From Candidatus Latescibacterota bacterium (GTDB lineage: Bacteria > Latescibacterota > UBA2968 > UBA8231), in contig OZ242318.1 in the NCBI GenBank assembly GCA_965208105.1, forward strand, positions 4,608,001 to 4,672,000: DNA of 64,000 nucleotides, given 5' to 3'. Positions 9,295 through 19,927 of this stretch are shown piece by piece (within the stretch, counting starts at the first letter, position 1; each line of letters opens with the position of its first letter). A program made the translations under genes and the position numbers. The notes below the pieces were generated by a model that saw only the letters and a list, made by a program, of their open reading frames with translations, was not told the origin of the DNA and did not search any database.

Positions 9295-9488
9295 CTATCC
9301 AGGCGATCTCTGAGCATCCGCGAGAACTGGGGCGCCGAGAGGTGAGCGTATTTCTTTTTCAACCCATGGACAAAAAGTTGGTTTGCAAAAGAAGAAAGCT
9401 CAAAGGCTTTCAGCAGCCTTTTCTCAGGGGTCATTTTGCGCAGGGTCTTGATGTACAATCGATGGTTCGGACGTTTTTTCGGATTCAT
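9273..9488 (-). CDS. Small basic helical protein, MenA1/Rv0078B-like putative antitoxin
   Basis: 71 aa from ATG 9488; LRKMTPEKRL..AFELS; 22-nt overlap with the nucleotidyltransferase. Confidence 0.55.
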   Translation of the reverse strand: MNPKKRPNHRLYIKTLRKMTPEKRLLKAFELSSFANQLFVHGLKKKYAHLSAPQFSRMLRDRLDRCHNRNY

Positions 9489-9504
9489 TGTTTGCGGCCC
9501 TGCG

Positions 9505-10299
9505 TCAGTCGTTCCACGATTCGCAGCCCTGGAATGGCATGTGTTCTCCGGGCTTGAAAGCGGGGCGCCGGGCATAGATGTTGGCGATTGCGGGGTCGGG
9601 CTCGCCGCGGAATAGAATGCACTCGTGGTGATCCCTCTTGACCCAGGTGGTGGTGGGGATGTAGCGCAGGGTCAGTCCCACGCGCCATCTGGCCGAAGTG
9701 TTGGGGTTCGATCCGTGGATGATCCTGGGATTGTGGATCGAGACGTCTCCTGGACCGAGCTCCAGGTCCACCGCGTTGGTGTCGTCGACCTGGTCCGGAC
9801 GCATCCCAAAGTGTAGCACGTACTTTTTCGGGTCGAGGTCGACGAGTTCGCTGCGTTCCATCAGGGGATTGTTCTGGGTTCCCGGGAGAACCCGTATGCA
9901 GCCGTTGGCCACCGTCGATTCGGTTCCGGCGACCCAGAGCGACGTCACCTCCATGGGCTCGATAGGCCAGTAGGCCCCGTCCGGGTGCCACTGTACCGCC
10001 TGGCCCTCGAAGGGCTTTTTGGCGATGTAGTGGGCACCGAAGAGGGCGACGCCGGGGCTGATGAACCGGGCGGCGATGTCGAGGAGGCGATGGTCACCTG
10101 CGAGGCGGTGCATGAACGGGTCGTGCACCAGCATCGCGTGATGGAAACGTTCCGGGCGCACGTCCGGATGTCTCTTGCAGAGCCAGTGGACGTGGTCGAC
10201 GCTTTCCTGAGCCAGGTCCGGGTCTATGGCGTTGCGGACGATTACGTAGCCCTTCTCGTCGTACTCTTCTCTGATATCGGCTATGATGGTTGAGTCCAT
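9505..10299 (-). CDS. Phytanoyl-CoA dioxygenase (PhyH) family Fe/2OG oxygenase
   Basis: WHPD (HxD), NGCIRVLPGT, IIHGS..N...R. Confidence 0.9.
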   Translation of the reverse strand: MDSTIIADIREEYDEKGYVIVRNAIDPDLAQESVDHVHWLCKRHPDVRPERFHHAMLVHDPFMHRLAGDHRLLDIAARFISPGVALFGAHYIAKKPFEGQAVQWHPDGAYWPIEPMEVTSLWVAGTESTVANGCIRVLPGTQNNPLMERSELVDLDPKKYVLHFGMRPDQVDDTNAVDLELGPGDVSIHNPRIIHGSNPNTSARWRVGLTLRYIPTTTWVKRDHHECILFRGEPDPAIANIYARRPAFKPGEHMPFQGCESWND

Positions 10300-10377
10300 G
10301 AGCTCCCTCAGGCAGAATTTGGGGGGTGTGCCGCCCGGTCGTTCGATTTTGAAATTAAGACAGCAAGGAGCGCCCGA

Positions 10378-12171
10378 TCAAGGTTCGCCGAGCTCCTGAT
10401 GCAGGCGCAGGCAGATGGCCGCTGTCCAGCCGTACTCGAAGGCGCCGAGGCCCTCCCCGGTTTGTGAATCGAACAGCTCGCGCAGGTTGCCGTCAGCTAC
10501 CATCATGCGGTAGAGGCGCTCGCGGGCGCTCGTCGCCGCCTCGGTGAAGTCCAGTTTGTCGAGCACCATGAGCATGAGATAGGCGACGTTGATCCAGGTG
10601 GGGCCCCGCCACCATTGCCCGGATTGGTAGGAAGGCTCGTCGTAGGCCACCACCGGGAAGGGCACCTCGGCGAAGAAGCAGGCGGGGTTCAGCAGGTAGT
10701 CGGCGACAGCCCGCTTTGCCGCCCCCGGGGGCAGCGGTACACCCGCCAGCAGGGGAAGGAAGCACGCCGGGGTCTTGATGCGCACAGGATGGCCGTGCTC
10801 TACGCCGAGGTCCCAGAACAGCCCCGTCTCCCGGTCGTAGAGAACTTCCACCATGCGGGCGGCATATGCTTCTGCCTGTGCCCCGAGCTCTTCGGCACCG
10901 GCCTCGTCGCCTCCGATGCGGGCGAATTGGGCGCAGGCGCGCATCTGCAGGAGCAGGTAGCTGTTGAGATCGCAGGCGACGATGGGGCCCTGGTCAAAGC
11001 GGGGCGAATCGTCCCAACCGACCTCCATTCCGTTGAGGGCGGCCACAAGGCCGAAGCGGGTCATGCGCTGGGAGAGCCACCACCGGGTGTTGCGGCGCAG
11101 ACCGGGGAGAAGCCGGGCGGCAAGGCGCTCGTCTCCCGTTTTCTCCACCATTCTCGCTGCGGCCCAGCCCACCAGGGGCGGCTGCGACTGTCCTGGGTGG
11201 ACCCAGGTGGAGCAGATGAAAGCGGGCATCTTGCCGTCCACCCGCAGGTTTTCGACGAAGAGCATGAGGCTGTCGGCGGCCAGCCGCGGATTGAATAGCT
11301 CCGTTCCGAGGTTCTGAAAACAGCTGTCCCAGAGATAGGGGGAGGGATAGGTCCCCCTGCTGGGAAAGGCGCCGATGCGGTCCTGCAGAAGGCCGGGGCA
11401 CGCCGCACTGTTGCTCAGCAGGGTGTAGACGGCGCGCGCCAGCACCGCGGCCTCGGCAGGGTCGCCTGCGGCCAGGTCGAGTCCGCCCATGGCATCGGCC
11501 CACCAGGCCATGGTGCGCTGCATCGCCGCCGCGGCCGAGGAGCTCGCCCCCTTCAGCCTGGTGATAACGGAGTGGTGGTCGACCTCCAGCACGCGGGCCG
11601 TGAAGACCAGCACCAGCCGGCCCCGGGAATCGGCGTCGATGCGCAGTGGCTCCACCAGCCCGTCCCCGCCGGCCGCCGCGCCCCGGACGATGCGCAGGCC
11701 GAGGACGAAGGGGAAGGTGAAGTCCGGGTCGCGCCGGTCCACTGTGGGCAGATAGCCATCGAAGATCAGCGTTCTTCGGTCCACCTCCCTGCGGCGCTTC
11801 TCGGTGAGGCCCGGGTGGCCTCCCGGATTGAACTCCAGCCCCGGCAGGCCCTCGCAATCCACCACCCAGGTGTTGTGGCTGCAAAAGGCGATCCGCGCCC
11901 GGGCGCGACCCAGGTGCTGGGTTATGCCCGCGGCGCTGCGCAGGTGCGGCTTCTCCGGGTCGGGCAGGCGCAGGAAGGGCTTCAGGAAGGTGGTCTTCCT
12001 GCGGTTGTAGTAGAGGAACAGGGCGGCGATGCCTCCGCCTTTGTCCACTTCCAGGCCGACGTCGGAGTAGAAAAGGCTGAACCCGCGGTCGGCCCCTGAA
12101 AGGTCCAGGTCATCTCCGAGGAGACCCGCCAGTTTGTTCGCCGCCCGCAGGCGAATCGCACTATCCTCCAT
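10378..12171 (-). CDS. MGH1/GH63-GH37-like glycoside hydrolase, (alpha/alpha)6 fold
   Basis: YLWDSCF, SQPPL, E.GWDDSPRFD, WWRGPTW, ELFDSQTGEG, YGWTAA. Confidence 0.8.
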   Translation of the reverse strand: MEDSAIRLRAANKLAGLLGDDLDLSGADRGFSLFYSDVGLEVDKGGGIAALFLYYNRRKTTFLKPFLRLPDPEKPHLRSAAGITQHLGRARARIAFCSHNTWVVDCEGLPGLEFNPGGHPGLTEKRRREVDRRTLIFDGYLPTVDRRDPDFTFPFVLGLRIVRGAAAGGDGLVEPLRIDADSRGRLVLVFTARVLEVDHHSVITRLKGASSSAAAAMQRTMAWWADAMGGLDLAAGDPAEAAVLARAVYTLLSNSAACPGLLQDRIGAFPSRGTYPSPYLWDSCFQNLGTELFNPRLAADSLMLFVENLRVDGKMPAFICSTWVHPGQSQPPLVGWAAARMVEKTGDERLAARLLPGLRRNTRWWLSQRMTRFGLVAALNGMEVGWDDSPRFDQGPIVACDLNSYLLLQMRACAQFARIGGDEAGAEELGAQAEAYAARMVEVLYDRETGLFWDLGVEHGHPVRIKTPACFLPLLAGVPLPPGAAKRAVADYLLNPACFFAEVPFPVVAYDEPSYQSGQWWRGPTWINVAYLMLMVLDKLDFTEAATSARERLYRMMVADGNLRELFDSQTGEGLGAFEYGWTAAICLRLHQELGEP

Positions 12172-12196
12172 CTCACTCCTCCCCCTAACCGGATTT

Positions 12197-15136
12197 TCAG
12201 ATGGGACGCCCGAACTCGGTAAAGCCCACCAGGGCGCGGGCGAAGAACGACCAGCGATCGTATGCGCGCAGGCCCTCGAACTCCGCGTCGTAGACCTTCT
12301 GGTCCCGCGTGATCCCCACCAAGGAGACCAGATCGTAGCCGAAGTACTTCGAGCGGTTGATCAGGGTCGCGAAGGCGGTGCGCTGAGCGAAGCTGTCGCG
12401 CCTGGAGCGATGCTCCCTGCGGCGGTAGGGAATGCCGCCAAATCCCTGCACACCGGAGCGCAGGCTCGTGCGCGGCAACAGGGCGTACTCCAGGCGCAGG
12501 ATGGGGATGGAGCGCAGCTCGCTGCGCAGCTCCGAGCCGCGGTCGGCGTCGCGCAGCCAAAGCCGCATGAGCTTGTACTGGGGGGTGAGGCTCAGGCGGC
12601 CCCAGCTCCGGGTGTACTGGATGCGATTGACCCAGGTCAACAAATCGAGCCTCCGGCCGCGCTGGAAGCGGCCGTTGTAGAGGCGCCCGCCCCGTTGCCA
12701 GTTGGCCTGGAAGCGCAGCTTCTGCACCACCTCCAGCGCGGGCAAGGGGTAGACGCGGCCTTCCAGGAAAGTCTCGTTGACGTAGCTGTCCTGGAAGAAT
12801 AGCAGGTCCGGGGTGAAGTGGCTGGTGAAAATCGGCGGCTTGTTGACCAGGATGAACTCGATATTGTTGCCGGCGCCCAGACCACCGAAGCCGAAAATCC
12901 GGGTGCGGTCGGAGTTCTCGTTCATCACCAGGTACTCGTCGGGGATGTCGTCTTGGACCTGGCGCAGGTTGTTCTCGAAGAAGAGCCTTTGGCGGCCGTC
13001 CACCGACTTCCTCTCGAAGCTGAGGATGGCATAGCTGGTGCAGTTTCGGCCCCCGCCGGCAATCTGATCTACCTGGTAGCGCCCCAGGGCCAGCGCCAGG
13101 TTGCGGCGCAGGTCGATCTGGGCGAAGAGATGGTAGCCCTCCTGGTCGTGGTCGTAGGGATAGTCGGGGTGGCCGTCGTCCTCGCGATGGTCGGGCTCGC
13201 CATTGTGGTTGCGGTCGAGGCCGTAGACATAGGAGTTGGGTTCGACGTCGAACATCAGAAAGGGTTCCTCGAAGTCCGGGACGAGGTCGCCGTCGCGGTT
13301 GATCTCCGGAAAGCCGTCCCTGTCGGCGTCCTGGGACAGGAAGACGCCGTCCAGGTCGAATGCCTCGCCGTCGATGGCGAACCCCTCGATGTTGCCGACC
13401 CTGCGGTCGGGGAAGCGGTCGCCGTCGTCGTTGTCCTGCACCAGGTCCCAGTATACCGTCTCGTTGATCATGCCGAGCACATTGCCGCGGGGAGGCTGCC
13501 CGGCCAGGTAGGTGCGGTAGCTGGTGGTGAAGCGGGGGTCGGTGGAGAACAGCTCGGCCCCCACCCTTCCGCCAGAGAGCCAGTGGGTTGCGTTGAGGTA
13601 GTAGGCCCTGCCCCGGCTCGAGAACCGGGGACCGGCGCCGAAGTCGGGCTCGCCCCCCGCGTGTGCAGGATAGCGCGAATACAGGGTGGAGAAGGCGTAC
13701 TCCCCTTTCACCTCCAACCCCGGAATGGAAAATGCAAGGTCCGCGCTGAAGGTGGAAATCCCCGTGTTCTCTCCCACCTGGAAGCGCAGCTTCCTGAGGT
13801 TGGCGCCGTCGCGGACGTTGCCGGCGGAGCGGGCCGCGGTGCGGTAGAAGGTTGTGTTGTAGCGGGAGTAGTAGTTCTTCGCCCGGGCGCTGACCTCGGT
13901 CAAGGTGGCCACGTCCACCCTGAAGTCGTTCCCCAGCAGGGCCTCGACCTCCACCGACTCCACCCGGGGTTCCCCCGAGGTGTCGAAGAGAAAAACCAGT
14001 TGCTCCTCGCCGTCGGCGCGCAGGACAGCGTCCGCCGGCTCCAGGTGAAAATTGGCCACCAGGCCGCCGACCTGTGCAGCGCCGCTCACGTCCACGCCGG
14101 CTTCGTGATCGAGGCGGTAGAAGTAGTCGGCAAAGAGAGGTGTTTGGTCGCGGCCGCGGTAGAACAGGCGATGGCCGCGGAACTGGCGGTAATCCACGGC
14201 CCGGAACCGTCCCGTCGCCGCGGACAGGGACCCCACCTGGGGTGAGGCGCCGGCCTGGTGCCGGATCACGCGGGGCCGGAGGTCGGGCCGCTGCTCGCCG
14301 TTGACCACGAGCACCACCTGCTGAACCAGGGCGCCGCCGATGTTGTCGGCCGGCGAGTCGTCGGAAAAGCGCACGATCACCCAGTCTATCAGGGGTTGCT
14401 CGGGCCGCAGTACGCCCCGGAGGCTGTTGCCCGGCATGGTGCTGCGGTAGACGTGAGAGTTGGCGAGGTTGACGCCCAGGGTGGCGCTGCCCAGTTCGGC
14501 CTGGGCACGACCGCCCGCGAGAAGGGTGGAGTCGTCGGCGTAGTGGGTCATGCCGTCCATCCAGAGGCAACAGTTGGACGCAATCCGGATGACGTGGGGA
14601 CGCTCTATGCGCGACGCCAGCCCGGTGAGCTTGAGGCGCGGCAGGGCAAGGTCGAAGCGGAAGCCGTTGAAATCGGTCATCGACAGGACCAGCGGCGAAA
14701 GGCGGGCGATCATGTTGTCCGCCACGATCAGGCTGTAGCCCCAGTTGCCGTAGCCGTCGCGGCCCAGCACCGTGGCGTCGTAGACCTTGTTCCAGGTCAG
14801 GTTGTACATCTCGTTTGGTTTGAAGATGGAGCTGCCATACTCCTGTCCGGGGGCACGGTTCTCGTTCCAGGAGTACAGATCGTAGCCGGTGATCAACTCG
14901 GTGCCCAGAGGGCCGTAGAAGGTCCGTGGCTCGTCGGTGTATGGAACGGTGTGGTTGGGGTAGTTGCGGTAGTCCTTCATGGCGTAGTTGCGGTAGGGAG
15001 GCCGGTCCCAGCGCAGAAACGGCCGCGCCGAGGTCAATTGCGGAGATCCCAGGGCGGCGCCCGCATCGACCTGGGCGGCGGCACCGGCGATCAGCAACAG
15101 CGCCAGCAGACTGCTAATTGTGGTCGATATCCTCAT
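12197..15136 (-). CDS. Large secreted / outer-membrane protein of unknown function with Asp-rich Ca-binding repeats
   Basis: Signal peptide; DxDxDG-like repeats (DNDDGD, DADRDG, NRDGD, DRNHNG); C-terminal amphipathic beta strands. Confidence 0.65.
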   Translation of the reverse strand: MRISTTISSLLALLLIAGAAAQVDAGAALGSPQLTSARPFLRWDRPPYRNYAMKDYRNYPNHTVPYTDEPRTFYGPLGTELITGYDLYSWNENRAPGQEYGSSIFKPNEMYNLTWNKVYDATVLGRDGYGNWGYSLIVADNMIARLSPLVLSMTDFNGFRFDLALPRLKLTGLASRIERPHVIRIASNCCLWMDGMTHYADDSTLLAGGRAQAELGSATLGVNLANSHVYRSTMPGNSLRGVLRPEQPLIDWVIVRFSDDSPADNIGGALVQQVVLVVNGEQRPDLRPRVIRHQAGASPQVGSLSAATGRFRAVDYRQFRGHRLFYRGRDQTPLFADYFYRLDHEAGVDVSGAAQVGGLVANFHLEPADAVLRADGEEQLVFLFDTSGEPRVESVEVEALLGNDFRVDVATLTEVSARAKNYYSRYNTTFYRTAARSAGNVRDGANLRKLRFQVGENTGISTFSADLAFSIPGLEVKGEYAFSTLYSRYPAHAGGEPDFGAGPRFSSRGRAYYLNATHWLSGGRVGAELFSTDPRFTTSYRTYLAGQPPRGNVLGMINETVYWDLVQDNDDGDRFPDRRVGNIEGFAIDGEAFDLDGVFLSQDADRDGFPEINRDGDLVPDFEEPFLMFDVEPNSYVYGLDRNHNGEPDHREDDGHPDYPYDHDQEGYHLFAQIDLRRNLALALGRYQVDQIAGGGRNCTSYAILSFERKSVDGRQRLFFENNLRQVQDDIPDEYLVMNENSDRTRIFGFGGLGAGNNIEFILVNKPPIFTSHFTPDLLFFQDSYVNETFLEGRVYPLPALEVVQKLRFQANWQRGGRLYNGRFQRGRRLDLLTWVNRIQYTRSWGRLSLTPQYKLMRLWLRDADRGSELRSELRSIPILRLEYALLPRTSLRSGVQGFGGIPYRRREHRSRRDSFAQRTAFATLINRSKYFGYDLVSLVGITRDQKVYDAEFEGLRAYDRWSFFARALVGFTEFGRPI

Positions 15137-15439
15137 ATTTGCCGAGGTCCCGCGAATGGCAGTGCCCGGCCACGTGGAGCTGAATCATGGCGCAGATCAC
15201 AGGGCCCACCTCGCTTCTTTGAATAAAACGAATGATCTTCAACTCTCTCCGGGTTTCCCCCAAGGTGAGGACTTCTCTTGGGTTGCTGTCTAGAAGGTGA
15301 AGAACCGAGACCGCTGCTGCAAGTGGAAAGTTCAGTTGCCCGCGGCCTGGCAGGTAGCCTTTAATTTGAGAGTAAACAGGGTCTTAATTATATTTCTGGA
15401 AGGAGTTGGGCGCCTCGCGACTGGAAATGGGAAAGGTAG

Positions 15440-16870
15440 ATGGCCGCAGTGGAAGATTTGGCCTGGACCGACGCCCTCGGTCAGGCCGAGCTGGTGCGCA
15501 AAAAGGAGATCAGCGCCGCCGAACTGGTGGAGGCGGCCATCTCCCGCATAGAGCATCTGAATCCTCGTCTCAATGCGGTGATCACACCCATGTACGAACA
15601 CGCCCGGGAAAGGGCGCGGAGTCCAGGCTCCGGCCCCTTCGCGGGGGTGCCGTTCCTGCTCAAGGACCTGCTGGCCGAGTACGCCGGCTTCCGCTTTACC
15701 CAGGGCACCGCCTTCCTGCGGGACTACGTGTCGAAGCATGACACCGAGCTGGTGAAGCGCCTCAAGCGCTGCGGCCTGATTGTGGTGGGCAAGACCAACG
15801 CGCCGGAGCTCGGAGTGGGTCCGACCACCGAGCCCCGGCTGTTCGGACCCACCCGCAATCCCTGGGACCTGGAGCGGACTCCGGGCGGGTCCAGCGGCGG
15901 TTCGGCGGCGGCCGTCGCTGCCGGTCTGGTCCCCATGGCTCATGGCAACGACGCAGGGGGATCCATTCGCGTGCCGGCTTCGTGCTGCGGGGTGTTCGGA
16001 CTCAAACCGACGCGGGCGCGCAATCCCCTCGGACCCGACTGCGGCGACATCTTCAGCGGCCTAGTTGCCGAGCATGCCCTGACTCGCTCGGTGCGCGACA
16101 GCGCCGCGCTGCTGGACGCGACCTCCGGGGCCGACCCGGGGGATCCCTACTGGGCCCCGCCTCCCCGGCGGCCCTTCCTGCAGGAAGTGGGCGCCGATCC
16201 GGGCGCGCTGCGCCTCGCCTTCACCGCCAGGGATCCTTTGGCCGGGGAGGTGGACGCGGACGCCGAGGCCGCCGTAGCTTCCAGTGCGGAACTCTGCGCC
16301 GCGTTGGGTCACGAGGTTGTGGAAGCGAGTCCGGATGTGGACTTCGAGCTTTTGTGGAAGAGCTTCACCACGGTGTTGGCGGCGGGATTCTGCTGGATCG
16401 TCGACGACCTCGGCAGCAAGACCGGCCGCCCTCCGGCGCCCGAGTTCTTCGAGCCCTTCGTATGGGCTTTCGTCTCCAGGGGACGCCGGATCAGCGCCTC
16501 CGAATACCTCGCCCACGTGCAAGTCCTGCAGCAAATGACCAGGCGCGTCGCCCGGTTCTTCAAGGACCACGACGTCTGGCTCACCCCTACCACCGGTTCG
16601 GCGCCTGTGCCCCTGGGCAGCTTTGCCTACTCGGGCGGTGATCCATTCGAGGTGCGACGGCGCATGGCCGCCTTCACTCCCTTCACCTACGTCGCCAATG
16701 CCACCGGCCAGCCGGCCATGTCCGTACCTCTCCACTGGAATGGGGAGGGCATGCCCCTGGGCAGCCAGTTCGTCGCCCGCTTCGGCGACGAGGCCACCCT
16801 TCTGCGGCTGGCTGCACAGCTCGAAGAGGCTCGGCCCTGGTCGAGGCGCCGCCCCCCGGTGGCCGCGTGA
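15440..16870 (+). CDS. Amidase (amidase-signature family)
   Basis: [28 protein letters not shown] (Lys-cisSer-Ser triad). Confidence 0.92.
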   Translation: MAAVEDLAWTDALGQAELVRKKEISAAELVEAAISRIEHLNPRLNAVITPMYEHARERARSPGSGPFAGVPFLLKDLLAEYAGFRFTQGTAFLRDYVSKHDTELVKRLKRCGLIVVGKTNAPELGVGPTTEPRLFGPTRNPWDLERTPGGSSGGSAAAVAAGLVPMAHGNDAGGSIRVPASCCGVFGLKPTRARNPLGPDCGDIFSGLVAEHALTRSVRDSAALLDATSGADPGDPYWAPPPRRPFLQEVGADPGALRLAFTARDPLAGEVDADAEAAVASSAELCAALGHEVVEASPDVDFELLWKSFTTVLAAGFCWIVDDLGSKTGRPPAPEFFEPFVWAFVSRGRRISASEYLAHVQVLQQMTRRVARFFKDHDVWLTPTTGSAPVPLGSFAYSGGDPFEVRRRMAAFTPFTYVANATGQPAMSVPLHWNGEGMPLGSQFVARFGDEATLLRLAAQLEEARPWSRRRPPVAA

Positions 16871-18849
16871 GCGCAGCTGCCGTGGCGCAGTTTGAAGAGC
16901 CTCTGCCCCGGGAAGAGGAACTCGATGCGCCGCTGCGCGTCACCCTGCGCGCCTTGATTCTTGGCGCTGTCACCGTTGCCGCCAGTTTTGCCTATATCGT
17001 GTTCGTCGGTCAGGGATACGGAGTGGGGAGCTATGTCCACTCGCAGTTTCCCATGGCCGCCTTCATGCCCTTCGTGATCTGGCTTTTCCTCAATATTGCC
17101 ATCCATCGAATCTCGCCGTTTCGCGCCCTGAGCCGCGCCGAGCTCCTCACGGTCTTCTCCATGCTCTGGGTGGTGGGCACCATTCCGCAACTGGGATGGA
17201 TGACCTACTGGACCTCCATAATGGCCGCGCCGAGCTACTTCGCCGCGCCCGAGAACGGCTGGGCCGAGACCTTTTTCGATTATTTGCCCTGGCACGTCTT
17301 CGCCGTGGCTACGTCGCGGGTGATCGAGCCGTTCTGGTTCGGACTTCCACCGGGAATGGAACTGCCCTGGGACGGCTGGCTGGGGGCGATCGGCCACTGG
17401 CTCGGGGTGTCCATGGCCATGGTGGTGTTCGGATATTGCCTGTTCGTCCTGTTCCAGCGCCAGTGGGTGGAAGGCGAGAAGCTGGCCTTCCCCATTGCCC
17501 GCATGGCCATGGACATGACCCGGGGTTTCGACGACCGGGGACGGATGCCCCTCATTTTCCGCAGCGGCAGATTCTGGATCGGCTTTGCCCTCGTATTCGT
17601 TCCCATTATCTACAACATCGCCACCCACTTCACTCCGGGCCTTATAGCCCTGGACCTCTACTGGAAATTCTACTACATCGAAATCGCCGAAGGCTTCAGT
17701 CTGATCGTCAGGGTGCTGCCCCTGGTCCTGGCCCTGACCTATCTGTGCCCGGTGGACATCCTCGGAAGCCTGGTGGTATTTCATTTTCTGGGCGCCGTAA
17801 AATTGTGGCTGCTGCAGCGGGTGGGGTTCTCTTTGGGAGAGGAGGGGCAGCGCCTCGGGCCTGCAGAGATTCTGCACATGGAGAGCTACGGCGCCCTGGT
17901 TTTCGTGGCCATGTGGTCCGTGTGGCTGGCGCGCAAGCACCTTGCCCAGGTGGGGCGCGTGGTGCGCAGCGGCAGAGGAGACAGGGGCCAGGTGGGTCTC
18001 TACCGCCTGGCACTGCTCGGACTGCTGCTCTCCGGCGGCTACGTGGTGGGCTGGGGCATGAGCCTCGGGATGAGTCTTCCCCTGTCCGTTGCCGCCTTCT
18101 CCCTGATCGCCCTGACCTATTTCGCCACCGCCAAGCTCGTTGCTGCCACCGGATTCGCCTATCTGCTGCCCAACAAGGCGCACGTCAAGGGCAAGTCCTT
18201 CATCCTGGACCTCGCAGGCACCATCCATCTCTCTCCGCGGGGACTGATCGCCTACAAGGTGTTCACCAGCAACGCTTTCTTCGGCACTTTCCGCATCCCG
18301 GCGTGGCCGGCCATTCCCCACGTTCTGCGTATTTTTTCGCTGCGGCAGCAGCCTGGGTGGGTGGCCGCGGTGGTGCTAACAGCCTTCCCGGTGGGCTTTC
18401 TGGTGGCGGCGGCCGGGACCATTCAACTGGCCTACAGCGACGGCGGGTCGGTGTTCCTGGGGGGCAAGGCCAACTGGGTCTTCGAAGAAATGGTGCGGCT
18501 GATGAACAACCGCACGGAACCGGATTGGGCGAAGTGGGGAATCTGGGGGCTGGGGTGGCTGGAAGCGGCTGCCGTCGCCCTGCTGCGCAGCCACTACTAC
18601 TGGTTCCCGTTTCACCCGGTGGGACTGGCCTTTCAGACCACTTTCGGGACCAGGCTCTACTGGTTCAGCTTGATGCTGGTGTGGGTGGCCAAGCTCGTCC
18701 TGTTGCGCTACGGCGGGGTGCGCGCCTTTCAGCGCGGCAAGCCCTTCTTCTACGGCCTCGGAATCGGCTACGTGGCCGGGGTGACCCTTTCCGTCGTGGT
18801 GGACATCATCTGGTTCCCAACCCAGGGCCACCACATGCACGGATGGTAG
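16867..18849 (+). CDS. Polytopic membrane protein, DUF6785/DUF6784-like (putative transporter)
   Basis: Many TM helices; RQWVEGEKLAFPI, WFPFHPVG, LRYGG...KPFF.GL; GTGA overlap with the amidase stop. Confidence 0.7.
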   Translation: MSAAAVAQFEEPLPREEELDAPLRVTLRALILGAVTVAASFAYIVFVGQGYGVGSYVHSQFPMAAFMPFVIWLFLNIAIHRISPFRALSRAELLTVFSMLWVVGTIPQLGWMTYWTSIMAAPSYFAAPENGWAETFFDYLPWHVFAVATSRVIEPFWFGLPPGMELPWDGWLGAIGHWLGVSMAMVVFGYCLFVLFQRQWVEGEKLAFPIARMAMDMTRGFDDRGRMPLIFRSGRFWIGFALVFVPIIYNIATHFTPGLIALDLYWKFYYIEIAEGFSLIVRVLPLVLALTYLCPVDILGSLVVFHFLGAVKLWLLQRVGFSLGEEGQRLGPAEILHMESYGALVFVAMWSVWLARKHLAQVGRVVRSGRGDRGQVGLYRLALLGLLLSGGYVVGWGMSLGMSLPLSVAAFSLIALTYFATAKLVAATGFAYLLPNKAHVKGKSFILDLAGTIHLSPRGLIAYKVFTSNAFFGTFRIPAWPAIPHVLRIFSLRQQPGWVAAVVLTAFPVGFLVAAAGTIQLAYSDGGSVFLGGKANWVFEEMVRLMNNRTEPDWAKWGIWGLGWLEAAAVALLRSHYYWFPFHPVGLAFQTTFGTRLYWFSLMLVWVAKLVLLRYGGVRAFQRGKPFFYGLGIGYVAGVTLSVVVDIIWFPTQGHHMHGW

Positions 18850-18919
18850 ATTGCGCCCGGACCAGTGAACCGGGGACCTAAGGCCCCGGGGTCCCCAGCC
18901 GGAGCCTGGAGCGCGGGGA

Positions 18920-19927
18920 CTACCGGGACAGGGGCAGGGGCACCCTGACGTTGCCGCGGCGCTGCGACTCCAGGAAACCGATGATGATTTCCACCACGGT
19001 GCGTCCCACCCGGCCCGGCGAGGCCAGCTCGCCTCCATTTTCCATCCGGGTCACCAGCTCTCGGACCCCGAGGGCGATACCCTGGGCGCCGTCGTCGTCA
19101 GCCGAAATCGGTTCGGTTTCCTCGCCTGTGGTGATGGTTGCCCGGGTGCCCGAGGGAAAGCCGTCGGCGTCGATGTATCCACTGGTGCCGACGATCCTGC
19201 AGGACATCTTGGGCAGGGGGGTGTTCTTCGGGCCGCCGATGTACAGGCCGCGGACCCCGTTGGCGAAGTGGATGTAGCCGTGGGCACCCGGCTCGGTCAC
19301 TGGCTCGTGGCCTCCGTCGCCTCGGTACTCGGAGTAGCCTTCATAGCCATCCTCCAGTTCGGCGAAGACCCAGCTGGGTTCGGACTCGGCGAAGAAGCAT
19401 ATGAGGTCGATGATGTGGGTGCCGTTGCGGAAGAGCATGGCGCGGCTCCCGTACAGGGTGGCGATGACGTTCTGCACCGGTCCGATGGTTCCTTGTGAGA
19501 CCAGGTCCTTGATGTGCCGCCAGAGAGGCTGAAACCTGCGGGTGTGGTCCACCGAGAGCAGGGTGCCGTTGCTTTCGCAGGCGGCGACCATGCGGTCCGC
19601 GTCGGCCAGGTTCGTTGCCAGGGGTTTCTCGCAGAAGATCCCCTTGGCACCGGACTCGGCCGAGTCCACCACCAGGTCGGCGTGGGCGTGGTCGGATGTG
19701 GCAACGGTGACGATGTCCAGGTCTTCCGAGGCCAGCATCTTCCGGTGGTCGGTGTAGACGGCGATCCCCGGCCAGGTTCCTTCCCAGTGGCCGCGGAATT
19801 CCTCCAGCCTTTCCTCCGACAGATCGCAGGCGGCGACCAGTTCGGCGTTGTCCAGGCCGACCAGGCCGGAGGCGTGAGCTATGCCTATTCCTCTGCAGCC
19901 GATGACGCCGGCGCGGTATTTTGCCAT
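18920..19927 (-). CDS. Gfo/Idh/MocA family oxidoreductase
   Basis: GVIGCRGIG, IFCEKP, NGTHIID. Confidence 0.92.
   Translation of the reverse strand: MAKYRAGVIGCRGIGIAHASGLVGLDNAELVAACDLSEERLEEFRGHWEGTWPGIAVYTDHRKMLASEDLDIVTVATSDHAHADLVVDSAESGAKGIFCEKPLATNLADADRMVAACESNGTLLSVDHTRRFQPLWRHIKDLVSQGTIGPVQNVIATLYGSRAMLFRNGTHIIDLICFFAESEPSWVFAELEDGYEGYSEYRGDGGHEPVTEPGAHGYIHFANGVRGLYIGGPKNTPLPKMSCRIVGTSGYIDADGFPSGTRATITTGEETEPISADDDGAQGIALGVRELVTRMENGGELASPGRVGRTVVEIIIGFLESQRRGNVRVPLPLSR

Noticed and set aside
11982-14570. 862-aa alternative-frame ORF and other long overlapping ORFs (e.g. 16687-18321, 17196-18881, 21272-22273)
   Set aside because: Arg/Pro/Gly-rich or antisense shadows of well-supported genes, expected in high-GC DNA; no motifs.
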